DNA of 37,893 nt from an uncultured Oscillospiraceae bacterium (lineage in GTDB: Bacteria; Bacillota; Clostridia; Oscillospirales; Oscillospiraceae), in NCBI GenBank assembly GCA_964642465.1, contig CAZXRD010000004.1, positions 1-37,893 on the forward strand. Direction: 5' to 3'. A model generated the notes under the pieces. The model saw only the letters and a list, made by a program, of their open reading frames with translations. It was not told the origin of the DNA and searched no databases. This document shows, in pieces, positions 24,214 to 33,855 of the stretch (position 1 is the stretch's first letter; each line of letters starts with the position of its first letter). Both the position numbers and the translations under genes were made by a program.

Positions 24214-25450
24214 AATTTTCAACTCCAAAATATTCTGGTTTATCTGCTCGCTGCTTATCGCTGTTTTTTTGTGGCTGTATGTGGTTCGGGTGGAAAATCC
24301 CGATGACACCATAACCCTGTATGGAGTCAGTGTGGAATTCATCGGCGCAGACGATATTTTGGCTGACCGGGGGCTGATTGTAACCCAGGAGAGCAATATG
24401 ACGGTGACACTGCGCCTATCGGGACGTCGCACGGATTTATCTAAACTGACCAACACCAATGTGACGGTGTCTGTGGATTTGAGCAATATCCGTTCTGCTG
24501 GGGAATATCCCAGGATGTATACGGTGAATTTTCCCACCGGCGTTTCTTCCGATGATATCACAATTGTGGAGCGGACGCCCTCTTATTTAAACGTGCAAGT
24601 TGAGGAGATCAGCCGCAAGACCATTGATGTGGTGGGCGTATTGAATGTAAGCGTGGCAGATGGGTATCAAGCGGGAACACTGGAAATCTCTCCGGATCAA
24701 ATTGTCATTAGCGGACCGGAAGAGGAAGTGAGCCGCATTGACCATGCACAGGTCACTTTAGAGCGGGAAAATCTGACCCAGGAAGTCACGACTACCTCTA
24801 CCTTTGTTTACGTCGATGCTAACGGGGAGGAAGTAGACGCCCCCAATGTAACAGCAGATGTAGATGAGGTGCGGTTGACCCTGCCAATAGAGACTTTGAA
24901 GGAAGTACCGCTGACTGTGGAGTTGATCCATGGAGGCGGGACAACAGACCAGAATGTGGTTTGTACCATTGACCCCGGCTCTATCACCTTGTCTGGTGAC
25001 GCTTCTGTTCTCCAGGGCGTAAGCAGCATATCGTTGGGCTCCATAGACTTGTCCAGAGTGACCGGTTCTACCTATACGACGACGATGACCATACGGATCC
25101 CGGAGGAGACAACGAACGTAACCGGTGTGGTAGAGGCAAAGGTAACCATTGAAATTGTGGGCCTGTCGACGACTCGGGTTACCGTCAGCGACAATAATTT
25201 TGAATTTATCAATGTTTCCGATGGATATGTGGCCACAGCCATTACCCAAAGTTTGGATGTAACAATACGGGGCCCAGAAGATGTTTTGAGCAGTGTTGTG
25301 GCCAATAACATCCGGGTTGTCTGTGATTTAGAAAATTTAGGTCAAACGACCGGGCGCTATGCTGTAACGGCACAAGTCTATGTGGACGGATATGCCGATG
25401 TGGGCGCCATAGGGGAATATACAGTTGTTGTTCAACTGGAGCGAGATTAG
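24191..25450 (+). CDS. cdaR: CdaA regulatory protein CdaR (YbbR-domain repeats)
   Basis: N-terminal TM anchor followed by repeated beta-rich YbbR-like modules. Overlaps the cdaA stop by 23 nt. Confidence 0.8.
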   Translation: MIKDVLNKIFNSKIFWFICSLLIAVFLWLYVVRVENPDDTITLYGVSVEFIGADDILADRGLIVTQESNMTVTLRLSGRRTDLSKLTNTNVTVSVDLSNIRSAGEYPRMYTVNFPTGVSSDDITIVERTPSYLNVQVEEISRKTIDVVGVLNVSVADGYQAGTLEISPDQIVISGPEEEVSRIDHAQVTLERENLTQEVTTTSTFVYVDANGEEVDAPNVTADVDEVRLTLPIETLKEVPLTVELIHGGGTTDQNVVCTIDPGSITLSGDASVLQGVSSISLGSIDLSRVTGSTYTTTMTIRIPEETTNVTGVVEAKVTIEIVGLSTTRVTVSDNNFEFINVSDGYVATAITQSLDVTIRGPEDVLSSVVANNIRVVCDLENLGQTTGRYAVTAQVYVDGYADVGAIGEYTVVVQLERD

Positions 25451-25472
25451 CGGTTTTGTAGGTGAAAATACG

Positions 25473-25877
25473 ATGACCCAAGTAGCACAAGTAGAACGAA
25501 TATTGGAAGGGAACCTGGCAGAAATTCTTGTGGAACGGGCATCTGCCTGTGGAGAAAACTGTGCGACCTGCAGCATGGGGTGTGCCAAGGGGCGAATTGT
25601 GCGGGCCAAGGCAGAGAATACCATTGGAGCTAAGCCAGGGGATCGGGTGGTTGTCTCGTCAAAAAGCAGCCAGATTCTTGGGGCGGCCTTTGCTGTTTAT
25701 CTTTTGCCCCTGATTTTGCTGTTTGTCAGTTATGGCATTGCGGCTGCCTTCGCCTTGGAAGAGGCCACCTGTATGTGGATCAGTTTAGGCGGTTTTCTGC
25801 TGGGGTTAGGGGCTACAGCTTTGTGGAGCCGCCGGCGGAAATACCGGGTGTCCTTTTCCATTACAGCGTATGCGTAG
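25473..25877 (+). CDS. RseC/MucC-family (SoxR-reducing-system-like) small membrane protein
   Basis: N-terminal beta domain with CGENCATCSMGC (Cx3Cx2Cx3C), then two TM helices. 134 aa from the ATG at 25473. Confidence 0.7.
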   Translation: MTQVAQVERILEGNLAEILVERASACGENCATCSMGCAKGRIVRAKAENTIGAKPGDRVVVSSKSSQILGAAFAVYLLPLILLFVSYGIAAAFALEEATCMWISLGGFLLGLGATALWSRRRKYRVSFSITAYA

Positions 25878-25885
25878 GTGGAGCT

Positions 25886-26764
25886 ATGTTTGGGTATATA
25901 CGACCATATAAGGACGAGTTAAAGGTCCGGGAATTTACCCAGTTTCGCTGGGCCTACTGCGGCCTTTGCCACAGTTTGAAAGATCAATACGGCTTGTCTG
26001 CCAGATTTGTGTTAAACTATGATTTGACCTTTTTGGAGATGCTCTTATCCACAGAGCCGGAAATCCAGTGTACGAGCCGGCGCTGTATCGTGCATCCATT
26101 TAAAAAGCACAAGTGTCAGGCCTGTACGCCAGCGGCATCTGTTGCAGCTGGTTATAGCGTGGTTTTAACCTATTGGAAAATGGCAGATACCATTCGGGAT
26201 GAGGGGTTCTGGAAAGGCCTGGCTGCCCGTATAGGGAAGCTGTGTTTGCGGCGGGCCTATAAGAAGGCAAGCCAGGATTACCCGGATTTTGACCAGGTTG
26301 TCCAAACACAGTTGGCGGCGCTCCAGGTGTTGGAGCATGAAAACTCCGACTCTATGGATGCAGTAGCAGATTGCTTTGCAAAAATTCTGCAGGCGTGCGC
26401 CGCTCAGGTGGAGGATACAACGCAGCGCCGGGTTTTGGAGACGCTTTTATATCATATAGGGCGGATTGTCTATATTTATGACGCTTATGATGATCTGAAA
26501 GAAGATGTGAAAAAAGACCGGTATAATCCGTTGCGCCGGCGTTTTTCCCCGGACGGAGGGTGTCTGCCGGAAGCGGATATGTCCGCTTTGCGGTTGACCT
26601 TAAACCACTCTATGAATGCCATTGGCTCGGCATTTGAGCTATTGCCAAACACACCCTGGACGGGTATAATATCAAATATTGTTTACCTTGGCATCCCAGC
26701 TATGGGCGAGGCGGTTTTGGCCGGTGTGTGGAAATCGGGCAAAAATCGGGTGCCGAAGCTGTAG
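25886..26764 (+). CDS. DUF5685-like hypothetical protein
   Basis: N-terminus MFGYIRPYKDELKVREF...YCGLCHSL, as I recall for DUF5685. AGGTGGAG precedes the ATG at 25886. Confidence 0.6.
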   Translation: MFGYIRPYKDELKVREFTQFRWAYCGLCHSLKDQYGLSARFVLNYDLTFLEMLLSTEPEIQCTSRRCIVHPFKKHKCQACTPAASVAAGYSVVLTYWKMADTIRDEGFWKGLAARIGKLCLRRAYKKASQDYPDFDQVVQTQLAALQVLEHENSDSMDAVADCFAKILQACAAQVEDTTQRRVLETLLYHIGRIVYIYDAYDDLKEDVKKDRYNPLRRRFSPDGGCLPEADMSALRLTLNHSMNAIGSAFELLPNTPWTGIISNIVYLGIPAMGEAVLAGVWKSGKNRVPKL

Positions 26765-26811
26765 CTACTGGATGTTTGAAGAATAGAACATAATAAAGAA
26801 CGGAGAGAGTC

Positions 26812-27393
26812 ATGAACGATCCATACAGCGTTTTGGGGGTATCTCCTAACGCCAGCGACGAAGAAATTAAAAAAGCCTATCGGGATTTAGCCAGAAAATA
26901 TCACCCGGATAATTATCACGACAATCCCTTGTCTGATCTTGCACAGGAAAAGATGAAGGAGATCAACGAGGCTTATGACGCCATTACCAAGAGCCGCAGT
27001 GGCGGCGGGGGAGGAGCAGGGGCTGGACCTGGTTCTTCTGGCTATAATGGGAACACGTCTTACCCGCAGATCCGGGCGGCCATTAACAGCGGGAATATTA
27101 TTCAGGCAGAGCAGATGCTAAACGCCATTACCAATCGAAATGCGGAGTGGTACTTCCTCATGGGAAGCATCGCCTATCGAAAGGGTTGGATGGACGAGGC
27201 GGCCCGCTACTACAGCCAGGCAGTGCAGATGGACCCCAACAACATGGAGTACCGGCAAGCCCTGCAGTACATGCAGTCCGGCGGCAATGCCTATCGCCCC
27301 TCTGGATTTGGCCAAGACGGCGGCGTGCGGGGGGTTGATCCCTGCGATTGCTGTGCCGCTTTAGCCTGTGCAGATTGCCTCTGCAGGTGTTAG
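26812..27393 (+). CDS. J-domain protein with Gly-rich linker, TPR-like helix pair and Cys-rich C-terminal tail
   Basis: DPYSVLGV...[14 protein letters not shown] (HPD motif), [11 protein letters not shown], and the C-terminal [16 protein letters not shown]. Confidence 0.85.
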   Translation: MNDPYSVLGVSPNASDEEIKKAYRDLARKYHPDNYHDNPLSDLAQEKMKEINEAYDAITKSRSGGGGGAGAGPGSSGYNGNTSYPQIRAAINSGNIIQAEQMLNAITNRNAEWYFLMGSIAYRKGWMDEAARYYSQAVQMDPNNMEYRQALQYMQSGGNAYRPSGFGQDGGVRGVDPCDCCAALACADCLCRC

Positions 27394-27399
27394 CCGCCT

Positions 27400-27918
27400 A
27401 TGAAAACAAATGTCCGCAGCATGACCTTGACAGCGATCCTGTCAGCCCTGTCTGTAATTGTCCTATATGTGTCGGGCTTTGTGCCAACGGGGACCTTTAC
27501 ATTTCCCGTGGTGGCTTCGCTGTTTCTCATTGTGGCCGTTATTGAAAGCGGCGTAAAATATGGAATAGCAGGGTTTGTGGTATCGTCCATCCTGGGGTTC
27601 CTGCTAACGCCCGAAAAAGGCGCCATCATATTATACATCTGCTTTTTTGGGTATTATCCCATTATAAAGAGTTTGATTGAGCGGCTGCGGAAGCTGCCTC
27701 TGGAGTGGCTGCTGAAGCTGGTCGTGTTTAATATTGCATTTTGGCTGGTCATCTGGATCTATACAACTGGATTTATGGGTGAGCTTGCCATTGCCGACTA
27801 TCCCATTTATGTGCTCATTTTAGGTGCCAATGTTGTTTTTGTTGTATATGATTTGGCGCTAACCAGCTTGGCCGGCTTGTATTTGTCCCGTATTTATAAA
27901 AAGCGCCGGCGCAAGTAA
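27400..27918 (+). CDS. Polytopic membrane protein (5-6 TM, ECF S-component-like appearance), function unknown
   Basis: Starts 6 nt after the J-domain gene stop. Hydrophobic throughout, with a basic C-terminus KKRRRK. Confidence 0.55.
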   Translation: MKTNVRSMTLTAILSALSVIVLYVSGFVPTGTFTFPVVASLFLIVAVIESGVKYGIAGFVVSSILGFLLTPEKGAIILYICFFGYYPIIKSLIERLRKLPLEWLLKLVVFNIAFWLVIWIYTTGFMGELAIADYPIYVLILGANVVFVVYDLALTSLAGLYLSRIYKKRRRK

Positions 27919-27943
27919 AACTACATAGAAAGAGCGATCAAAT

Positions 27944-28822
27944 ATGGTAAAAAGCATGACTGGATATGGCAGTGCCGAGGGAACATCTGGAAAACTCGGC
28001 ATCACAATTGAAGTCCGCTCCGTGAATAACCGATACCTGGACTGTTCCATTCGCATTCCCCGTATCTATACGGCGGCAGAAGATAGCATGAAAGCCGTTG
28101 TCCAAAAGTATATATCCCGTGGCAAAGTGGACATCTATGTCAATATTGACGCCTCCCAGGCGGACGATGTGATTATCAGCATCAACAAACCGCTGTTAGA
28201 GGGGTATCTGGCTGCTTTCAAGCAGATGGCGGACCAATATGGCTTGCCGGATGACAGCAGCGTTACCTCGGTCAGCCGGTTTGCGGATGTACTGCGAGTA
28301 GAGAAGGAAAAAACGGACACCGAGCAGTTTACAGCCGACATCTGTCAGATCTTAGAGCAGGCTATGGCAGACTTTAACCAAATGCGTATGCGGGAAGGCG
28401 AAAAGCTGCGGCAGGACATTACATCTCGGGCCCAGGAAATTCTGCGGCTGACTGGGTTAGTGGAGGAGCGGTCCCCCCAGACGGTGGCGGAATACCGCAA
28501 TAAGCTCCGGGAACGCATGCAGGAGCTTTTGGAAGGCCGGGATATAGATGAGGGCCGCATTTTAACAGAGGCAGCGATTTTTGCAGATAAAATTGCCGTG
28601 GATGAAGAGACCGTTCGCCTCCGCAGCCATGTGGACCAGCTGCTGCTCCTGTTGCAAGAAGAGGGGGCCATTGGCCGGAAGCTAGACTTTTTAATCCAGG
28701 AGTTCAACCGGGAGGCCAATACCATTGGCTCCAAGGGGAATGATGTGGAAATTGCTAAACTGGTGGTCAATCTAAAAGCGGAGATTGAAAAGATCCGGGA
28801 GCAAGTCCAGAATATAGAATAG
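27944..28822 (+). CDS. yicC: YicC/YloC family protein
   Basis: Begins MVKSMTGYG, then SVNNRYLD and [12 protein letters not shown]. Confidence 0.9.
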   Translation: MVKSMTGYGSAEGTSGKLGITIEVRSVNNRYLDCSIRIPRIYTAAEDSMKAVVQKYISRGKVDIYVNIDASQADDVIISINKPLLEGYLAAFKQMADQYGLPDDSSVTSVSRFADVLRVEKEKTDTEQFTADICQILEQAMADFNQMRMREGEKLRQDITSRAQEILRLTGLVEERSPQTVAEYRNKLRERMQELLEGRDIDEGRILTEAAIFADKIAVDEETVRLRSHVDQLLLLLQEEGAIGRKLDFLIQEFNREANTIGSKGNDVEIAKLVVNLKAEIEKIREQVQNIE

Positions 28823-28833
28823 GTGGGAACAGG

Positions 28834-29106
28834 ATGCGGCTTATCAATATAGGCTTTGGCAATATGGTCTCCGATCAGCGGATTATCTCTATTGTGAGCC
28901 CGGAATCGGCGCCGATCAAACGAATTATCCAGGATGCCAGGGAGCGGGGCCTGCTCATTGATGCAACGTATGGCCGCCGTACCCGGGCTGTGATCATTGC
29001 CGACAGCGGGCATGTAATCTTGTCTGCCCTACAGCCGGAGACGGTAGCCGGGCGCTTTTCTGGCCGCCAGGAGCAAGAGGCGTCGGAGGCGGATGAAGAT
29101 GCCTAA
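28834..29106 (+). CDS. remA: RemA/DUF370 family regulator
   Basis: [12 protein letters not shown]...[14 protein letters not shown]...[13 protein letters not shown]. Confidence 0.88.
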   Translation: MRLINIGFGNMVSDQRIISIVSPESAPIKRIIQDARERGLLIDATYGRRTRAVIIADSGHVILSALQPETVAGRFSGRQEQEASEADEDA

Positions 29107-29701
29107 AAGAGGGAACTTGTATATCATATCCGGCCCTTCCGGCGCAGGAAAAAGTACGGTAATCAGTGTCGTGATGGCCCACCAGCACAATGTGCATTTT
29201 TCTGTTTCCGCTACCACCCGTAAGCCTCGCCCTGGGGAGAAAGACGGGATGGATTACTACTTTGTTTCCCGGGAAAAGTTTGCGGCAATGCTGGACAACG
29301 GTGAGCTGTTGGAATTTGCCCAATACGTGGACAATTTTTACGGAACACCCCGTGCACCGATAGAAGCCCATTTGGAGGCGGGGGACGATATTATTTTGGA
29401 CATAGAAGTCCAGGGGGCCCGACAGGTCAAGACAGCTATGCCAGAAGCGGTGGCGATCTTGGTGGTGCCGCCGGATTTTGATACGCTGGAGCGCCGTTTG
29501 CGGGAGCGGGGAACCGATAGTGAATCGGTGATTCTCAGCCGGCTGGAGACGGCCAAGCGGGATTATCAATATGCAGAAGTGTATGACTATATTGTGGTAA
29601 ACGATGAGGTTGACCATGCAGCGGGGGAAATTTCTGCGATTATGGTAGCAGAAAAATGCCGCACAAAACATAGAATTTCAATTGTGAAAGAGGTTTTGTA
29701 A
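29099..29701 (+). CDS. gmk: Guanylate kinase
   Basis: Contains [20 protein letters not shown] and YYF.S...F. GGAGG lies 9 nt before the ATG at 29099 (alternative ATG at 29093). Confidence 0.93.
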   Translation: MPKRGNLYIISGPSGAGKSTVISVVMAHQHNVHFSVSATTRKPRPGEKDGMDYYFVSREKFAAMLDNGELLEFAQYVDNFYGTPRAPIEAHLEAGDDIILDIEVQGARQVKTAMPEAVAILVVPPDFDTLERRLRERGTDSESVILSRLETAKRDYQYAEVYDYIVVNDEVDHAAGEISAIMVAEKCRTKHRISIVKEVL

Positions 29702-29703
29702 TT

Positions 29704-29901
29704 ATGATGCTTTATCCGTCTATGGCCGATTTGCTCAAAAAGGTAAATAGCCGCTATTTATTGGTGAATGCTGTGGCCCGGCGGGCCCGGGAAATCGCCG
29801 CCGAAGCAGAGGAGACTGGGGAACCCTTGGATAAAAAGCCGGTTTCCTGCGCCATTGCTGAGATTGCGGACGGCACGGTACAGATTCACATGAACCATTA
29901 A
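29704..29901 (+). CDS. rpoZ: DNA-directed RNA polymerase subunit omega
   Basis: 65 aa. NSRYLLVNAVARRAREI is typical of RpoZ, and the position after gmk is conserved. Confidence 0.88.
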   Translation: MMLYPSMADLLKKVNSRYLLVNAVARRAREIAAEAEETGEPLDKKPVSCAIAEIADGTVQIHMNH

Positions 29902-29911
29902 GGCTTTGCCC

Positions 29912-32371
29912 ATGTGGAGGGAACAGTCTGTAAAAATTGCCAAAGTCGCCATATCTACAGCGTCTTACGCCATTGACAAATTATATGACTATAAGCTCCC
30001 TGCCAATATGCAGCATCTGCAGCCGGGCACGAGGGTTTTGGTACCCTTTGGTCGGGGAAACCGCCGCACAGAAGGGATGGTTTTGTCCTGTGTGGAGGGA
30101 ACAGAGCAAAAGGGGCTCAAGGCAATTGACCGGCCCTTGGACCAGGAACCCTTGTTTTCCCCGGCGCAGATCCGACTTGCCCTTTGGTTCCGGGAGCAGT
30201 TTTTTTGCACGTTCTATGAAGCGGTAAAAGCCATGCTGCCCGCTGGGATCTGGTATAAATTAAAGCGCCTGGTCTCGATTGCCCCAGGCGTAGATAGAGA
30301 AACGGCCTACGAGGCGGCGGGAAAGTCTAAAATTGCTGGGAGCATTTTAGACTATCTTTATACCATAAAACAGCCTGTCACTATAGAAGCCCTGCAGGAT
30401 ATTTTACCGGACGCCAACATATCTGCAGCAATCAAGAAATTGATAGATCAGGGGATTCTTCAGGAGGAGACGGTAGAATGGCGCCGGGTGCGGGATAAGA
30501 TGGTCTCCCTGGTATCCTTGGCTGTTCCGGCGGAGGAGGGCTTGGAAACTGCCGCCCGGAAACGGTCTAAGGCGCCTATGCAGGCAGAAATTCTTGCAAC
30601 CCTAGCTGTAACGGGGGAAGTCCCCATCAAAGAGCTTTTGTATTTTACAGGCGCAAAAAGTCCCACGGTCAAGGCGCTGGAAAAGGCGGGGCTGGTGCAG
30701 ATCCGCCAAGAAGAAGTGTTTCGCAATCCCCAAATGCCCACGGTGGCGGCAGAGCCGATCCGGCTCAACCAAGAGCAGGAGAATGCCTACCGGGCACTGT
30801 CAGCGCTGCTTACGGGCAAACCGGCGGCAGCGTTGCTGTATGGCGTAACGGGCAGCGGCAAGACGGCGGTCTACATCCGTTTAATCCAAGATGTACTGCA
30901 AACTGGCCGCCAGGCCCTGGTGCTGGTGCCGGAGATCTCTTTGACACCGCAGCTGACGGCGGTGTTTATGGCCCATCTGGGCGAGCGGGTGGCCGTGCTC
31001 CACAGCTCCCTTGGTACGGGGGAGCGATATGACGCCTGGAAACGGATCCGTTCCGGCCAGGTGGATGTGGTCATTGGCACCCGCTCGGCGGTTTTTGCGC
31101 CTTTAGAGCATTTGGGCCTTTTGATTGTGGATGAAGAACAAGAGGGCTCCTATAAATCGGAGAGTAGTCCCCGGTATCATGCCCGGGATATCGCCAAATA
31201 CCGATGCGTGCAGGATGGAGCGCTGCTTCTATTGGGTTCCGCTACGCCTTCGGTGGAGAGTATGTACCAAGCGGAGATGGGACGGTATCATCTTTGCCGC
31301 ATGGAAAACCGCTACAATAGTAAGCCCCTGCCGAAAGTCCTATTGGCGGATATGAAAGAAGAGCTCCGGCAGGGCAATGGCGGAGAGATCAGCGCCCTGT
31401 TGCAGCAGGAGCTGGCGCAGAATTTAGAGCGTGGCGAACAGAGCATTTTATTTTTAAACCGGCGCGGAGCCAGCAGCCTGGTCGTTTGCGGGGCGTGCGG
31501 CTATACCTATAGCTGCCCACGTTGCAGCGTGTCCTTAACCTATCACCGGGCAAACGGGCGGATGATGTGCCACTATTGCGGATATTCCGAAAAAGTTGCA
31601 GAGGTCTGTCCCGAATGTGGGAGCCCCCTCAAGTATTTTGGGGCTGGCACCCAGAAGATTGAGGCGGAGCTGCATGCGCTGTTTCCGGACGTGCCCGTCT
31701 TACGGATGGATGCTGATACCGTATCTCCCGCCCATGCCCACGAGGCGCTTCTCACCCGCTTTTCCCGGGAAAAGATACCAATCTTAGTGGGTACACAGAT
31801 GGTGACAAAGGGGCTGAATTTTGATGATGTGACCCTGGTCGGGGTCTTAAATGCTGATCAGAGCCTGCATGTGAATGATTACAGGGCCCAAGAGCGGACA
31901 TTTTCTCTGATTACCCAAGTGATTGGCCGGGCTGGCCGGGGTGAAAAGGCGGGCCGGGCAGTTATTCAGACCTTCACCCCGGATAACGAAGTGATACAGC
32001 TTGCAGCCCGGCAGGATTATGATGGCTTTTATCAGCGGGAGATTGTCCTCCGGCGGCTTTTAAATTGCCCGCCGATGACGGACCTGTTTACGCTTACCGC
32101 TTGTGGATTGCAAGAGGCGGACGTGCTCCGCTGCTGTACCGAGTTAAAAAACGGCCTCACCCGATATTGGTCGGGAGGGCCGGTAGAGATTTTAGGCCCA
32201 GCGCCGGCTGGCGTAACAAAAGTCATGAACCGTTACCGCTACAGGCTCACCATCCGGACCCAAAATAGCCGGGAGGTGCGAAACCTGATCAGCCACTTTT
32301 TGCGCCGGGCCAATACAGACAAACGATACAAAGGGGTCTCCGTATACGGGGATGTTAACCCCTTAGATTAA
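29912..32371 (+). CDS. priA: Primosomal protein N' (replication restart helicase PriA)
   Basis: Walker A GVTGSGKT, a DEEQ box, and the Cys4-Cys4 zinc module CGACGYTYSCPRC...CHYCGY...CPECGS. Confidence 0.93.
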   Translation: MWREQSVKIAKVAISTASYAIDKLYDYKLPANMQHLQPGTRVLVPFGRGNRRTEGMVLSCVEGTEQKGLKAIDRPLDQEPLFSPAQIRLALWFREQFFCTFYEAVKAMLPAGIWYKLKRLVSIAPGVDRETAYEAAGKSKIAGSILDYLYTIKQPVTIEALQDILPDANISAAIKKLIDQGILQEETVEWRRVRDKMVSLVSLAVPAEEGLETAARKRSKAPMQAEILATLAVTGEVPIKELLYFTGAKSPTVKALEKAGLVQIRQEEVFRNPQMPTVAAEPIRLNQEQENAYRALSALLTGKPAAALLYGVTGSGKTAVYIRLIQDVLQTGRQALVLVPEISLTPQLTAVFMAHLGERVAVLHSSLGTGERYDAWKRIRSGQVDVVIGTRSAVFAPLEHLGLLIVDEEQEGSYKSESSPRYHARDIAKYRCVQDGALLLLGSATPSVESMYQAEMGRYHLCRMENRYNSKPLPKVLLADMKEELRQGNGGEISALLQQELAQNLERGEQSILFLNRRGASSLVVCGACGYTYSCPRCSVSLTYHRANGRMMCHYCGYSEKVAEVCPECGSPLKYFGAGTQKIEAELHALFPDVPVLRMDADTVSPAHAHEALLTRFSREKIPILVGTQMVTKGLNFDDVTLVGVLNADQSLHVNDYRAQERTFSLITQVIGRAGRGEKAGRAVIQTFTPDNEVIQLAARQDYDGFYQREIVLRRLLNCPPMTDLFTLTACGLQEADVLRCCTELKNGLTRYWSGGPVEILGPAPAGVTKVMNRYRYRLTIRTQNSREVRNLISHFLRRANTDKRYKGVSVYGDVNPLD

Positions 32372-32383
32372 GGAGGATATACG

Positions 32384-32899
32384 ATGGCACTGCGGAACAT
32401 CTTAGAAAAAGGGGATGCTACCTTAAACTGTAAAAGCCGGCCCGTCACGGAGTTTGACAATGCCCGGCTCAATACGTTGATTGACGATATGCGGGAGACG
32501 CTATTAAATGCCCATGGCGTGGGTCTAGCAGCGCCGCAAGTTGGGGTGCTGCGCCGAGTGGTTTTGGTAATCAATGAGGAAGAGGAAATCATCGAGCTGA
32601 TTAACCCGGAGATCATTTTCACGGAAGGGGAAAATGAGGGCGTAGAAGGCTGTCTCAGCGTCCCCGGCGTGTGGGGCATTGTAAAGCGGCCAGAACATGT
32701 GATTGTAAAGGCTCAAGATCGGCACGGGAATCCTTTTCAGGTCGAAGGGTACGGCCTCACGGCGAGGGCTTTTTGCCATGAGTGTGCGCATTTGGAGGGA
32801 CAGCTCTTTACAGAGGTTGCAGAGCGCTTCTTGACGGAAGAGGAGCTGCAAGAGTTGATGAATGAGGCGGAGGAAGAAGCCGATCAGGCATCAGAATAG
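32384..32899 (+). CDS. def: Peptide deformylase
   Basis: GVGLAAPQVG, EGCLSVPG and HECAHLEG (HExxH). AAGGAGG upstream. Confidence 0.93.
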   Translation: MALRNILEKGDATLNCKSRPVTEFDNARLNTLIDDMRETLLNAHGVGLAAPQVGVLRRVVLVINEEEEIIELINPEIIFTEGENEGVEGCLSVPGVWGIVKRPEHVIVKAQDRHGNPFQVEGYGLTARAFCHECAHLEGQLFTEVAERFLTEEELQELMNEAEEEADQASE

Positions 32900-32937
32900 G
32901 CATTCAAAAGACCAATAGGGAAAGAAGGGCCACAATT

Positions 32938-33855
32938 ATGCGAATCTTATTTATGGGCACACCGGACTTTGCCCGTGCCGCCTTAGAGCGCCTCTATCAG
33001 GACGGCCACGACATTTGCGGGGTTTTTACCCAGCCGGACCGTCCAAAAAATCGTGGCATGCGGCTCTATCCGACGCCTGTAAAGGAATTAGCCTTGCAAT
33101 ATGGAGCGCCGGTTTTCCAGCCGGAAAGCCTCCGCAAGGAAGAAGCCTTTACAGATATAAAAAACCTGGCGCCGGACCTGATTGTTGTGGTAGCTTATGG
33201 GCGGATTTTACCTAAGGCGATTTTAGACCTGCCACCGAATGGGTGCATTAATATCCATGGGTCTCTACTCCCTAAATATCGGGGAGCAGCGCCGATTCAG
33301 TGGACGGTTTTAAACGGGGAACCTTATGGCGGCGTGACTGCCATGTATATGGCGGAAGCTTTGGACGCAGGGGACATCTTGGCTACAAAACCCATAGCCC
33401 TGGAGCCCTATGAGACCGCTGGGTCCCTGTATGGCCGCTTACAGGTCCTGGGCGCCCAGCTTTTATCGGAAACGGTGCGATCCATTGAAGCGGGGACGGC
33501 GGTTGCTACGCCGCAGGATGAAAGCCAGGCGACTTTCGCCCCCCAGCTTTCCAAAGATATGTCCCCTGTGGATTTTACTAGGCCCGCTACAAAGGTAGCA
33601 GCGCAAATTTGTGGATTGGATCCCTGGCCGGTGGCTACTGTGCAGTGGGGAGACGTGAAATTTAAGGTGTTTGCGCCTCGGCTCAGCGGCCGAAAGACGG
33701 GGGCGACTCCGGGCAGCATCGTGGAAAAAGGAAAAGAAGGTATTGGCGTTGCCTGTGGCGATGGGGAGATTCTGCTCATTACCGAGCTCCAAGCGCCGGG
33801 CGGCCGCCGGATGCCGGCGGCAGATTATTTGAAGGGGCACGAAATTCATGGCTAA
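32938..33855 (+). CDS. fmt: Methionyl-tRNA formyltransferase
   Basis: MRILFMGTPDFA, PDRPKNRG and HGSLLPKYRGAAPIQW. Confidence 0.95.
   Translation: MRILFMGTPDFARAALERLYQDGHDICGVFTQPDRPKNRGMRLYPTPVKELALQYGAPVFQPESLRKEEAFTDIKNLAPDLIVVVAYGRILPKAILDLPPNGCINIHGSLLPKYRGAAPIQWTVLNGEPYGGVTAMYMAEALDAGDILATKPIALEPYETAGSLYGRLQVLGAQLLSETVRSIEAGTAVATPQDESQATFAPQLSKDMSPVDFTRPATKVAAQICGLDPWPVATVQWGDVKFKVFAPRLSGRKTGATPGSIVEKGKEGIGVACGDGEILLITELQAPGGRRMPAADYLKGHEIHG

Noticed and set aside
28345-29671. Two ~220-aa minus-strand ORFs (28345-29013, 28994-29671)
   Set aside because: They are antisense to yicC, remA and gmk, which are well-supported conserved genes. No SD or domains.
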